DNA of 64,000 nt. Source: Octopus bimaculoides. Taxonomy: Eukaryota. Below, piece by piece: positions 50,930-64,000 of this stretch. Each line of letters opens with the position of its first letter. The first letter of the stretch is position 1. The DNA is taken from contig NC_068982.1 of NCBI RefSeq assembly GCF_001194135.2, positions 121,190,226 to 121,254,225 on the forward strand. Direction: 5' to 3'. Under the pieces are notes generated by a model. That model had not been told where the DNA came from. It saw only the letters and a list, made by a program, of their open reading frames with translations, and searched no databases. A program made the translations under genes and the position numbers.

Positions 50930-51150
50930 TGTGTGTGTGTTTGTGTTTGTCCCTATAATCACCGCTTGTTAACCAGTGTTGGTATTTACATCGTCGTAAC
51001 TTAGTGGTTTGGCAAAAAAGGGACTGATAGAATGAGCACCAGGCTTTAAAAAATAAGTCCTGGGGTCAATTTGTTTGACTAAAACCCTTTGAAGCGGTGC
51101 TCCAGCATGGCCACAGTCAGATCATTGAAACGAGTAAAAGAGTAAAAGTA
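50930..51150 (+). mobile_element. SINE family B, 3' half, CpG-decayed
   Basis: ttagtggtttggcaaaa..gactgatag versus the consensus ttagcggttcggcaaaa..gaccgatag. Confidence 0.85.
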
Positions 51151-51714
51151 TATATATGTATACATATATATGACAATAATAAATCATGATAACATCACAT
51201 GTTATACTATAGCAAATTACTTCACACAATAGTAAACCATAACGTACTTTATATTTCTATGCTCTTATAGTTTGTTGACTTTTCCATTTCATGAGTGAAA
51301 AGTTTTTAGTTATTAACAAAGTATATACATGTTTTTTTTTTTTATGAATTTAATTTACATTTTCTGTTTTTGATATGATTTAATATTGAACAAAAGCAAA
51401 CATGATGTGGTTACTTTGGCAAAATCTGATTTTAGTATTCATCAAGGTGTATACCCTATAGTCTTGATTGTGTACATGTTCTAGAACTGTTTGAACAAAT
51501 GAATCTGTGTACAGTAGATATTAGTGTGTGTCATGTACATAAAATAAATATGATATGCTCTAACAACTCTGTTCGCTTAGACAATTGTCCTCCTTCTCAT
51601 TATTTTAAAGTGCATTTTTCTATGCTTGCATGGGTCAGACAGGTTTTGCTGGGTCAAATTTTCTTTGGCCAGATGTTTATTTCACAAACACACACATACA
51701 TACATAGACATGTA

Positions 51715-52200
<486 letters not shown>

Positions 52201-54482
52201 TATGACAAATGTACAGCAATTATGGTAGACTGAAATAATGTATATTAATTTTTTTTTTCAACTTCTAATGAGTAGAGCCTACAGTTCTGTGAAGATAAAA
52301 TCTACATATATATGTAAATTTCAGTGTTACTAATCAATGAACTTTTATCTTTAAATCTCAGAAGGTATAATTAAAAGAATAATTGTTGATTGTTGCTATC
52401 CAGGAAACTTGTTAGAAGTTATAAATTATTCACCAGACTTCTTCAAATTTGCACTACTGAAGGGAGTTCTGTCTGTAGTATCTATGTAAAAATATAAACA
52501 AAGATGAAATGATAATATACTGTAGAAGTGATGGTATAATGTGGAATTGAAGCTATAATGTTGAAATGCTGATATACTTGTTAGCTTAGGCAGCATTTAA
52601 TTCTTTAGCATTTTAACTGACCATATTCAGCCTAAATATTCTACTTCTTTTTATATTGAACCCAGCTAGATTTGGTCTCTCACACTAACTCTACTATGTC
52701 ACTTTAAAAATAATCACATCATTGAAATCTCAAAGCTTCAAGATAATGCATGATTAATTCAAAACAATGTGAATAAACAAATATTACATTTGAAAAAGTA
52801 ATCTGAATGCTGAAGTGTTAATGCAGAACATTAGCAAGGATATTTATCTAAACTGAGATTGAAGAAATCTAAGCTATATTTAAAAAATATTTGCTTTGTC
52901 CAGCTAAAAATAAAAGACTTTACTGTACCAAATAAAAATGTTGAAGTTGACATTAGGTGCAAGAATATACTAGGCACTTTATGAAAAACAAATTACAAAA
53001 CTTTCATCAGCTGGATTGGCTTTTGGTCTTATTAGTGAATAGTGCCTAGTAATAATGTCATGTTAATCAGGTAATTAAGTAAATACTAATGCTTAATTGA
53101 AAGCATATTGGTAATGTTCTATAATTAATTTATTATTACTGTTGGGTATCTCAGATCAATCAGATTGATTCTGAGTGAGTGACTTGTGGGTCAATGTAAC
53201 AGAACAATAGGAACCACTCTCAATCATTTCATACAACCAACTACTTTCTGAGCTGACAAGGGAATATTTTAATGATTTTCTGTTTTATGTCTTTGTTGGG
53301 AGGAGGGTCAGTGCATTTAGCCTGCTAGAAAAAGCAACTAAGTATCTCTCAAATCCTACTCCAGCATCTTCAATATAGAACACATTGAATAATATTGTTT
53401 CAGATACAATATATCTGAATAAAAGATGGAACGATCATGGCTAGATTGTCTTTAAGCATAGGTCTATTGGATCATAGCTGACAGGGTTTAAACAACAACA
53501 ATACCATTAATGAAGGACTATAAGTTACTAAAAGGACATACATGGTCACTCTACCTTCTAGAAATGGTAACCAAATCTCCCTAAAATCATATACTACCTT
53601 CTTCAAAAGGGAAGGATGCATGAGATAATACATCCTATACAGAGCAAAACTATAAAAAGATGAAATGTTTGACTCTGGAACATCTTTGATCATAGTCTGT
53701 AAATTAGGACTGACCTGAGGTGAAACAACAACAGTAACAGCCAAGAGATTGTTGATATCTATTATATAACAAATTAGAGTGTTATCCATCATATAATGTG
53801 TAACTTTGGAAGTATACTTTCACCACTACGGGTAATATCAGGAAATATGACATTCATACAATTATTATAATTTAACTTTATGAAATTTCATGGTGATTAT
53901 ACGAAATAATGAAAATAATACTAATTTTCAAAATTTATACTTTAAGATATAATTAAATAAAACAAATTATTCATTTGCATACTTGCAATAAATTTATATT
54001 GTTATATTTTTATTTTTCTAAATTTTATCAATATATTAGCAATCTACATCTCTGAGAAAATACCTCTGCAAAGTTTCGTTAAAAACGTGTATTTTTCGGA
54101 AAGTTATCACTGCCTGCCACCAATCCCCATATGTGCAATCGTCCTGCACTTCCTATGTTAACTCTTTCTCTATTTCTCATTTATTCTCTTTCCCATTCTC
54201 ACCATCCGATATAAAGTGTGACTGAAAATATCAACCAACCAACCAACCACCATTTATATTGACTGTTAGTATACAGAGATGTAAAACTATTGAAGGAATA
54301 ATTAGCAATTTAAAAGTTGTTTTTCAATATAGTTTGATAGAGTTCTGATTTAGAATTAGAGTGATTATCCATCTCCATTTAAAACTTATCTATTTTACAA
54401 TGTCAGCTGAGATATTTCAAACTTAAATTCAATCTAATACCAGCCTTAAGAAATATTGATCTCTTTACCAGTAGAATATTGA

Positions 54483-54600
54483 TTGCAAACATTAACAAAG
54501 GGAATTCGTAATGAACTAAAGGAACTGGCTAAAAAGTTTTTCTATTTTGTTTTCAATCTTTGTCATGAGAATGGACACATTATCTCTGATTGTTATCAAT
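54483..54600 (+). pseudogene. degenerate CCHC zinc knuckle (gag-like remnant)
   Basis: F-N-L-C-H-E-N-G-H-I-I-S-D-C at 54552-54593 equals CX2CX4HX4C with the first Cys read as TTC. Confidence 0.4.
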
Positions 54601-54794
54601 CTAAAGCAAAGTTTGGCACAGCTGAAGAAAATCTAAATTACTTTTCAATAATTTATTTTTTTAAATGACTCTTTTTGAAAAGTTTTATTTGAGATAGGAA
54701 TTTAGTTGATATTAACTGACTTACTAGTCTTCCTGAATCATTATACTATACTAATTTAGCTGCTGTTATATCAAGCATTATAGTAATTCTGTGA

Positions 54795-55075
54795 AAGTGT
54801 GTAGAATGGTAGTGAGAATGCTCTCATGACTGCAAGATTGTGGTTTCGATTCCCAGACCAAGCAGTTCATTGTGTTATTGTGCAAAACACTTCATTTCAT
54901 GATGCTCTGGGATCACTTCAACATCTGACATGTAGCACACTGTCTACTTGTACAGTAAACATTGATCTGTTGGAGGGAGTAAGGTAATGTATGGCACAAA
55001 CATTTGATCACTATAAACAAATCATCTGTGCAGATTGTTCAGCAAAAAATTGCACCACAACAGGAGAGTCCATCA
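54795..55075 (+). mobile_element. SINE family E
   Basis: tRNA-like head (ggtttcgattccc B box) and a body shared with 1633-1905. Confidence 0.7.
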
Positions 55076-55228
55076 TAGTAATTTTGTCCCATACAAATTC
55101 AGGTACTATGGTTTCACTATAATACCACAACACCATATTACTTCAGCTGCTATTACAACAGACATTACAGTTCTCCTTATAGTATCACTATACCACACTA
55201 ATCAGCTGTTATTATCTCAGGGATTACT

Positions 55229-55384
55229 GAAGGTGGTGAGCTGGCAAAATGGTTAGCTTGCCAGGCAAAATGCTTAGTGACATTTCATCTGTCCTTATGT
55301 TCTGAGTTCGATTTCCACCGAGGTCGACTTTGCCTTTCATCCTTCCTGGGTCGATGAAATAAATTGTACCTATAGCAGAAAGGA
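55229..55384 (+). mobile_element. SINE family C with a 15-bp target-site duplication
   Basis: attatctcagggatt on both sides. Confidence 0.9.
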
Positions 55385-55614
55385 TTATCTCAGGGATTGC
55401 AATACCATTATAGTATCCCTATACAATGCAAGTTCATTTACTTTAAACTCAGTTAGTAGAGCCCACCCTATAGTACTACAGCACTATATTTAGCTTCTTT
55501 CATTGGTTTATAATCCTTAATTGTTGTCATTGTTGCTGTTTAATCCCAGGTTGGTCCTCATTCAACAGACTTACACTAAAAAACATTTCAGCTGTGATCA
55601 TCCCATCATTCATT

Positions 55615-55880
55615 CAGACTGGTTCCTGTGCAGGTGGCACGTAAAAAACACCTTTTGAGCGTGGCCATTGCCAGTACTGTGTGACTGGCCCTTGTGCCGG
55701 TGGCACATAAAAGCACCCACTACACTCTCAGAGTGGTTGGCATTAGGAAGGGCATCCAGCTGTGGAAACTATGCCAGATCAGATTGGAGCCTGGTGCAGC
55801 CTTCTGGCTTGCCAGTCCTCAGTCAAATCGTCTAACCCATGCTAGCATGGAAAGCGGACGTTAAACGATGATGATGATGG
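55615..55880 (+). mobile_element. SINE family D / RTE-type tail
   Basis: Same as 10499-10770. Confidence 0.85.
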
Positions 55881-56531
55881 TGACTACATTATTCCCCATC
55901 TTTTCATTTTTATTGGCCCCAGTCCCCTCTGCATCACATCTTCATCAACTACTCTCTCTCTCCTCTCTCTCTCTACCTGAGGTAACCTTGTTACTTCTCC
56001 AATGCAAGACACCTTTTTCTGTTCCAGTTGAGGGGTCTTGTCCTGCAAGTTACTTGGTAACAATTGAATGTACTAAATATTACTCATTGCAAATACTGCT
56101 GCTATCTTTAATAGCTAATTTATTCAAAACCCAGCAGATTTTTGCGGCATCACTTGCTGTTTGGCTATTACTGTACTATATTGGTTTGACTGGTTTTTGT
56201 TCTGGCATTCAATGCAAGGCTGGGCTGCCACTGATGATCTGTAGAAACTGTGAAATCCCATGAAATAGTAGTGCCATCCACCAGTGCAAACAATCATTTC
56301 ATCAACTGATACAGTCAGTGCTTAATGAGCATGTATCATTAACATGAGATGGTGTCTCTGGACATTAATAAGCAGTTTAAAGGCAATCTAGACAACACAT
56401 CCAATTTCAGTTGAATATGTTAATTATTTGCTTCAAATACTACAGCTGTCACTAATAACCAAATTTCTATCTATCTATCTATCTATCTATTTTTCTCTCT
56501 ATACACACACACACACACACACACATACACA

Positions 56532-56581
<50 letters not shown>

Positions 56582-56582
56582 C

Positions 56583-56749
56583 ACTCTCTGAGTGGTTGGC
56601 GTTAGGAAGGGCATCCAGCTGTAGAAACTCTGCCAAATTAGACTGGAGCCTGGTGTTGCCATCCGGTTTCACCAGTCCTCAGTCAAATCGTCCAACCCAT
56701 GCTAGCATGGAAAGCGGACGTTAAACGATGATGATGATGATGATGATGA

Positions 56750-56752
<3 letters not shown>
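56583..56752 (+). mobile_element. SINE family D, 3' part
   Basis: gagtggttggcgttaggaagggcatccagc..ggacgttaaacgatgatg. Confidence 0.85.
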
Positions 56753-56823
<71 letters not shown>

Positions 56824-57382
56824 GTAGGTAGACATTCTAGCTAGCTAGCTAGCTAGCTAGATAGATAGATGTGCATGTGTATATGTGTTTGTGTGTGCAC
56901 ATGTGTGCATGTCTGTGTGTGTATATGACAGCTGTCTTTAGTTTCCTCTTATTTCACTCACAAAGTATTAGCTGACCCAAAGCTATAGTATAGAATGTTA
57001 GCTAACAACATTTACACAGTGGGACCAAACTCCCAACCACTTGTGAACTTCTTAACCATACACCTGTGCCTTCACCTTTTCTCACAGCCATGCCTGTACT
57101 ATACTAATTCAACTGTTATTGTTTCAGGTACTATAGTACTACTATACTATAGTATCTGAAGTGCTTTGAGTACCATAGTACCACTGTACTATATTAATTA
57201 ATTGTAGTTGCCTCAGGTATTTTAGTACCATTTTACTATATTAATTCACATGATATTGCCTCAGACACTATCATTATTATATATTGCTGTTATGACTAGT
57301 ACTTATTCTATCAGTCTCTTATGCCGAACCACTAAGTTACGGGGACATAAACACACCAGCATCGATGTCAAACAATGTTGGG

Positions 57383-57413
<31 letters not shown>

Positions 57414-57429
57414 TATGCACACACACACA

Positions 57430-57481
<52 letters not shown>

Positions 57482-57652
57482 NNNNNNNNNNNNNNNNNNN
57501 NNNNNNNNNNNNNNNNNNNNNNNNNNNNNNNNNNNNNNNNNNNNNNNNNNNNNNNNNNNNNNNNNNNNNNNNNNNNNNNNNNNNNNNNNNNNNNNNNNNN
57601 NNNNNNNNNNNNNNNNNNNNNNNNNNNNNNNNNNNNNNNNNNNNNNNNNNNN

Positions 57653-57685
<33 letters not shown>

Positions 57686-59371
57686 CAGACAGTGACAGAG
57701 GAAAGAGACTGCAATGAGTTTGCTCTCAAGTGAGATATATCATGTGGTTTATGTTTCTTGTTCATCCATAACTACTCACGGTATCATTATCATTATTATA
57801 TTCCATGTCCAGCAACAATTAGACATAGCTTTGTTACGATAAATAAACACATTATTATTTGACCTAATGAGAAATCCTCTCCATCAGTATTTCTCAAAAT
57901 GAGATATAATTATATTTTGGCCCAACATGGGTTACTTCTGAACAGAGCATAAGTTAGCCATGTATTTACTTTGTCTGTTTATGGACATCCCACTCCCAAC
58001 ACACACACACACACACACACACATATATTTGGAAATCAAAATTGGGTGTGGAAGAAAGAGATTAAGAGACATTGCTTGACACATTTAATAAATCTTCTAG
58101 AAATAACAACCAAATTCCTCTTAAATCCAATTCTATCATCTTTGAAAAGAATAGACTCATAATGTAGTCTTAGATATACGAAAGATGAATTGGTTATGAC
58201 TGGAAGGCTTTTGATTATAGATCTGTTTGATCAAGGCTGAAGACAGAGTCAGTGAGGCAACCTCAGTGTGATCACTTTGCTAGAAGAAGCAGTGAAACTT
58301 CCTTTAAATGACATTTTACTATTTTAACAATGAAAAAATAAAAAAGAAAAGAAACCTTAAACAATGTAGTCTTTTATCTTAGATCTAAGCCCAAAGATAA
58401 ATAATAATAACAACATTAATTGTGGTAGAATTTCACATACGATATGGTTTATATATTACATCAAACAAGATTCATTCTGTGGTACGTCTTGTGAAATATT
58501 TAAATTATGGTTTGTAGGTTTTCTACTGTACAAAGGATATTGATTTCAATAACACCCTCAACAAACAAAATATAAAATTAGAATGTCAAGAAAGATAGCA
58601 TATTATAACATTATATGAGGGAACATCCTTAGAAAATGATATTTATATAAATACTTCAGTTTCAAGTGAATTACTCATTTGAAAGATTAAGTATTGGATA
58701 TCAAACTTAAGGCGAGTGATGTTAACATCCATAGCAAATTGTTCTGGAATGAAAGTGATATTGTTCTATCTTACCTGGCAAATGCTTGGCAGTTTAATAG
58801 CAATCAATAACTGTCTTTATTATTTGTTCAGTCATACAGAAAGGAGATCATGTTGCATATAGATCTTTGATGCTATAAAGTAAGAATAGTAATTGATACG
58901 AGAGTCAGCTGTAGGCAATAAGCTTGAGGCAAATATGCCATCAGTAAGTGTAAAACATTCCTCTTCCAAATTCCAAAGATCAATAGAGCTGCTACTTAAC
59001 TCTGGTTTCTATAATTTTTTTTTTCTTTTTTAAAAAAAATTAATGCTTTTGTCAGAAGTGGAAGGGCTATATTGTGTAAATATTAGGAGGAGGTTATCCT
59101 CAGACTGAAGAACTGCCTTGAATGTTTGCAACAGCATGTACTGTGCTAAAGGTGCCAAGTGGTCAAGTGAAATAGATGAGATTCAGAATCTCCCCTTTAG
59201 ATAAGACGCTTCCCTTTCTCAGGTAAATTATCTGGTAGGAGAAACTAACTTTAGTCCTGCAATTGTTAATTGTCTTGGCAATGGAATCAGTACTCTGAGA
59301 GGATATAAATTATTAACCTGTCTTGTATATTTTCACTTCTAATAGTTTTATGTCTGGGTTAATAATGCAGC

Positions 59372-59763
59372 GCAATGTGGAGGCGCAATGGCCCAGTGGT
59401 TAGGGCAGCGGACTCGCGGTCATAGGATCGCGGTTTCGATTCCCAGATCGGGCGTTGTGAGTGTTTATTGAGCGAAAACACCTAAAGCTCCACGAGGCTC
59501 CGGCAGGCGATGGTGGCAAACCCTGCTGTACTCTTTCACCACAACTTTCTCTCACTCTTACTTCCTGTTTCTGTTGTGCCTGTAATTCAAAGGGTCAGCC
59601 TTGTCACACTGTGTCATGCTGAATATCCCCGAGAACTACGTTAAGGGTACACATGTCTGTGGAGTGCTCAGCCACTTGCATGTTAATTTCACGAGCAGGC
59701 TGTTCCGTTGATCAGATCAACTGGAACCCTTGACGTCGTAAGAGACGGAGTGCCAACAACAAC
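59372..59763 (+). mobile_element. complete, young tRNA(Arg)-like SINE family A with an 11-bp TSD
   Basis: A box tggcccagtggttagg, B box ggtttcgattccc, (AAC)n tail, TSD aataatgcagc, CpGs intact. Confidence 0.92.
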
Positions 59764-59982
59764 AATAATGCAGCAACCTTTATATGATAGAATAACAGCA
59801 ACATTTCTATGAAAACATTCTCGTATAAATATACAGCAGATGGATTCTTATTTCCTGTCATGTACCTTTCCTATGATAATTTAATAATGGTTCAACACCA
59901 TTTAAAACATCCTGGTAGAGCTGAACTGTTACCATGGATTATGAAAATTCTAACTTTTTAAAAAGGACAAGCAAAAGAAAAG

Positions 59983-60012
<30 letters not shown>

Positions 60013-60013
<1 letters not shown>

Positions 60014-60173
60014 GGTGCAGGAGAGGCTGTGTGGTAAATAGCTTGCTTACCAACGACATGGTTCCAGGTTCAGTCTCACTGCATGGTATCTTGGGCAAGT
60101 ATCTTCTACTATAGCCTCAGGCCGACCAAAGCCTTGTGAGTGGATTTGGTAGATGGAAACTGAAAGAAGCCCG

Positions 60174-60227
<54 letters not shown>

Positions 60228-60460
60228 GTATGTGTGTGTGCATATATGTTGGTGTGTCTGTGTTTGTCTTCCTACGACATCGCTTGACAACCGATGCTGG
60301 TGCGTTTATGTCCCTGTAACTTAGCAGTTCAGCAAAAGAGACTGATAGAATAAGTACTAGGCTTACAAAGAATAAGTCCTGGGGTCGATTTGCTCCACTA
60401 AAGGTGGTGCTCCAGGATGGTCACAGTCAAATGACTGAAAGAAGTAAAAGAATAAAAGAA
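60013..60460 (+). mobile_element. SINE family B, full length, CpG-decayed
   Basis: Head, CORE-like atcttgggcaagt, internal (TA)n/(TG)n, gaataaaa tail. Confidence 0.9.
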
Positions 60461-60479
60461 TATATATAAAGTTCAAATT

Positions 60480-60650
60480 TACAGAAAACAAAGGATGAAG
60501 ACAGGTGTAGGAACAATAAGCAGGTGTATTAGTTTAATGCTTGGGAAAAATGGAAAAGTCTTTTACATTTTGAGCTTATGCTCTTTGACAGAAAGGATTA
60601 AGAGGGAAAAGATGAGAGAATGAAAAAAATTGGTGAGTGAAAAACTTTGT
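60480..60650 (-). mobile_element. decayed copy of the 14405-14575 pLTR family
   Basis: Minus strand ctttctgtcaaagagcataagctcaaaatgtaaaagac aligns with ctttctgttgaagagcgtagctcgaaacgtcaaagac. Confidence 0.65.
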
Positions 60651-60915
60651 AGAATTCAATGGTCCAACATGGCAAGGGGGCCAAATTTAGACTCAGAAAA
60701 ATGGTGAGATTAGGTTTCTAAAATTATCCTTAGTTTGGAAAAATAAAGGAAGCAGAGTATACTGAATAAAATAATAGTTGTGAGATTGTAGGAAAATTTT
60801 ATTTTGGGAAATATAGAGAAAACATAATAAAATGAAAATATTTGACAAAAAAGGGAAAAGGTCTTTTTCATCTGGTGCTGGTGGGCAAATCCAAAATTTT
60901 AACAAGTATTTAACT

Positions 60916-61995
60916 CAGATAAATTTTTACAATAAGAGAAAGATACTTTAATAGAATTTCTTTTCAAATAATATATCTATGCTCTCTGAATATTCTTATT
61001 AATGGTTTCTTACTTCATTATTGAAATTTCATTCATAGATTGGAGACAAGAAAATCAGGGTCACAAAATTTGAAGATTTAGCATAATACACACACACACA
61101 TGCACATACATACACACTCATACACACATTTACACACATATGTATATACATATGTATATACCTATACATATACATATGTATATACTTAGTGAAGGTCTCT
61201 GATCTTGCAACTCACGGTACTGTTGATGTTATACAATATGAATCAGTTGTAAATTACAACTTTTGATCCTATTGATGTATGGTCTGCTTTTCTATAGGAT
61301 TTTTCACTTGATGTCAAAATCAGTATTATACTTTTTTAATCCCAAGTTTTTGTATTCTTTTCTGTGTTCATATGATGATATGTGGTCAAAGTAACGTTGT
61401 TTATATATACTTTCCACCATTCTGATGTAGTCTGTATGCTTTATAATGTGCTTCAGTTTCATAGAGTTCACTTCTGATTTATATATTATTACTTTTGCAT
61501 TGCATAACTGACTGAGTGGGCATATACTCATGTCACTGCATATGCAGTTTGCCTCAGTTAATTTTTGTAGCTTGTGCAATAGAGTATTTTTCATGTTTGG
61601 GGTACAATTGTAGCTAATTTTTACATAGTTCCAGCTGAATAGCTTTCTATAACATTAGTTGATTGAAAAATACTTATCTGTTAGATTTAGGAAATGTATT
61701 GCAATATTTCGCTTAATGTACCACTTCTAACCAGCACTAAGATACCCTCACCTGCACACTTGTAAATGTATATACATATGTGTGTAAATGTATGTATAAG
61801 TGTATATGTATGTGCATGTGTGTATTAGGCTAAATCTTCAAATATTGTGACCCTGATTTTCTTGTCTCCAATCTATGAATGAAATTTCAGTAATGAAACA
61901 AGAAACCATTAATAAGAATATTCAGAGAACATAGATGTATTATTTGAAAAGAAATTCTATTGAAGTATCTTTCTCTTATTGCAAAAATTTATCTG
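60916..61995. repeat. ~220-bp inverted arms (60916-61140, 61777-61995) enclosing a PLE fragment
   Basis: Arms align in reverse at high identity; partial further copies near 62880-63030 and 63860-63925. Confidence 0.9.
61200..61700 (-). mobile_element. Penelope-like element ORF C-terminus (linker plus GIY-YIG endonuclease)
   Basis: HFLNLTDKYF..KLFSWNYVKISYNCTPNM..CPLSQLCNAKVIIYKSEV..YIRMVESIYKQRYFDHISSY..KSCNL. Confidence 0.85.
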
Positions 61996-64000
61996 CCTCT
62001 GTCTGTTCTATTAACTCAGAACACCTGACAAACAATGGCAATATCACCAAAAGTACTTTTAATTGGGTGAGTTCTTGTAATTGTCAGCTTAATTGAAATT
62101 GCTTTGTCAGTTCTAAGTATAGTGTGCCAGGCTGAGGTGAATGCTGATTCTCAACCCAAAATCCTACACTCAAATGGCAGCAAATTAATTTCAGATATTA
62201 TTTGCACAGACATTCATTTGTCAACCCAAGCAGGAAATTTTCAACTGTACTTTCAAGATATATTTAAAGTTTGAAGGAAACTTGATTCAGTACTCTTAAT
62301 ACAACTCACTTTTGCTGTATGGTAATAGCAGAAATAATCAAATTGTAATCTTTGCTAAAATCAAAGTCTTCAGTAATATTACAGAATGGAAACAGCATGA
62401 ATTTCAGAAATGAAATTCTTTGTAGTTATTTGCACTGAGTGAAATGTTTGCTGTGAAATTTTCAGAGGACATTTCTGCTATAGAAAATTTTCAAAGTTTC
62501 TGACACTACCATAAGCGCTATTTTTTGTTGGGTGCAAAGGTTGTATTTCATGTTCTTTACCTATCTTTCTTTTCTTTGTTGCTTTACAAATTGCTTTATG
62601 AATAGAGAGAAATTTCTGACTGTGTTTTGAAAGTTAATATTATTTGTTTCACTGTATATTCTTTTACTCATTTCCTCATTTCCTCATCTTATCATGTTCT
62701 TTCTTTAATATTGGAATATTTCATAGCATTTGAGCATGAATGAGATTTTGTGAATGACCTGAAATACTTGCCATCAATACGACTGGATTATATATACTGT
62801 TATTATTTTGTTTTTATTAATTTCTTTTAGTTAATTGATTTTGTTTTCGCAGATGTATTCAATCAGATATCTCTATTTAATTTTTATAATTTCACATGCA
62901 TCCAATTAGATACTTCTTCTTTGTTTTCATTCTATGAATATTCTTATTAACAGTATTCTGTTCCTTTAATAAAATCCTGTATGAAGATCAAAGAAATGGT
63001 ATTCAGGGTCGCAAAACTTGAAGTTTCAGCTTTATTAACGATATTTTGATACTCCACTTTCAGTATCAAGTACTCTCTTTTCCCTTTGTCAAAACTTTCA
63101 AGTATTCATGCAAACATACATGTGCACATACTGACCAATGCCTTGTGAGTGAAATTTCGTTGACAAAATTTGTACAGAAGCCCATCATATATTACCATCA
63201 TCATCATTGAACATCTACCTTCCATGCTGGCATGAGGTGGACCCGACATACATACATACATACATACATACATACCATACATACATACATACATACCATA
63301 CATACATACATACATACATACATACATACATAAATACATACATACACACATACATGCATACATACATACATACATACGTATATATATATATACATATATA
63401 TNNNNNNNNNNNNNNNNNNNNNNNNNNNNNNNNNNNNNNNNNNNNNNNNNNNNNNNNNNNNNNNNNNNNNNNNNNNNNNNNNNNNNNNNNNNNNNNNNNN
63501 NNNNNNNNNNNNNNNNNNNNNNNNNNNNNNNNNNNNNNNNNNNNNNNNNNNNNNNNNNNNNNNNNNNNNNNNNNNNNNNNNNNNNNNNNNNNNNNNNNNN
63601 NNNNNNNNNNNNNNNNNNNNNNNNNNNNNNNNNNNNNNNNNNNNNNNNNNNNNNNNNNNNNNNNNNNNNNNNNNNNNNNNNNNNNNNNNNNNNNNNNNNN
63701 NNNNNNNNNNNNNNNNNNNNNNNNNNNNNNNNNNNTATTGTAGTATTATACAACCTCTACTCGTCAATATAATATGGTCAAGATAAATAGAAGTAGACAG
63801 AAAATCAACATACCAAACAAACACCGTGTATCCAATATAGTACATAGAAGACTGTTTTTATAATTTCACATGCATCCAATCAAATACTTCCTCTTTGTTT
63901 TCATTCTATGAATATTCTTATTAACTGTTGCATTTCGTCGCGTTCGGTAAAAATGGTTTTTTTTATGGTAGTCTGACCTTAGAGTCCCTCATAGCGTGAG

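Noticed and set aside
58776-58876. Minus-strand exon candidate ending CAG|GTAAGA
   Set aside because: All three frames contain stops; could only be non-coding and has no support.
59372-59445. tRNA-Arg gene
   Set aside because: Continues into a SINE body with tail and TSD; it is a SINE head.
62023-62069. 47-nt exon candidate (HLTNNGNITKSTFNW|GTGAGT)
   Set aside because: Isolated; no compatible neighbouring exon or recognisable protein.

Overview
AT-rich, gap-containing eukaryotic DNA. The SINE families and microsatellite style suggest an Octopus (coleoid cephalopod) draft assembly; this is inference, not a database result. The window is mostly intronic/intergenic. It holds five tRNA-SINE-like families, fragments of RTE, L1/Tx1, R4/Dong and Penelope-like (PLE) retroelements, several mariner/Tc1/maT copies and MITEs, and many microsatellites. 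Most ORF-track entries are microsatellite or gap artefacts. The only plausible host coding sequence is a signal-peptide exon and a following short exon at 5.8-6.1 kb (+). Notable signals: (1) eight minimal type I hammerhead-ribozyme motifs from about five unrelated sequence families, two of them inside the loop of long fold-back elements (14616-14955, 39419-39686) and one pair in inverted terminal repeats (27716-28323); (2) many long inverted repeats, including a 509-bp near-perfect palindrome and a pre-miRNA-like hairpin; (3) an R4/Dong-type element whose copies sit in (CATA)n microsatellites; (4) a shift to CpG-depleted sequence after about 50.9 kb. All structures were read by eye; no folding or homology search was run.
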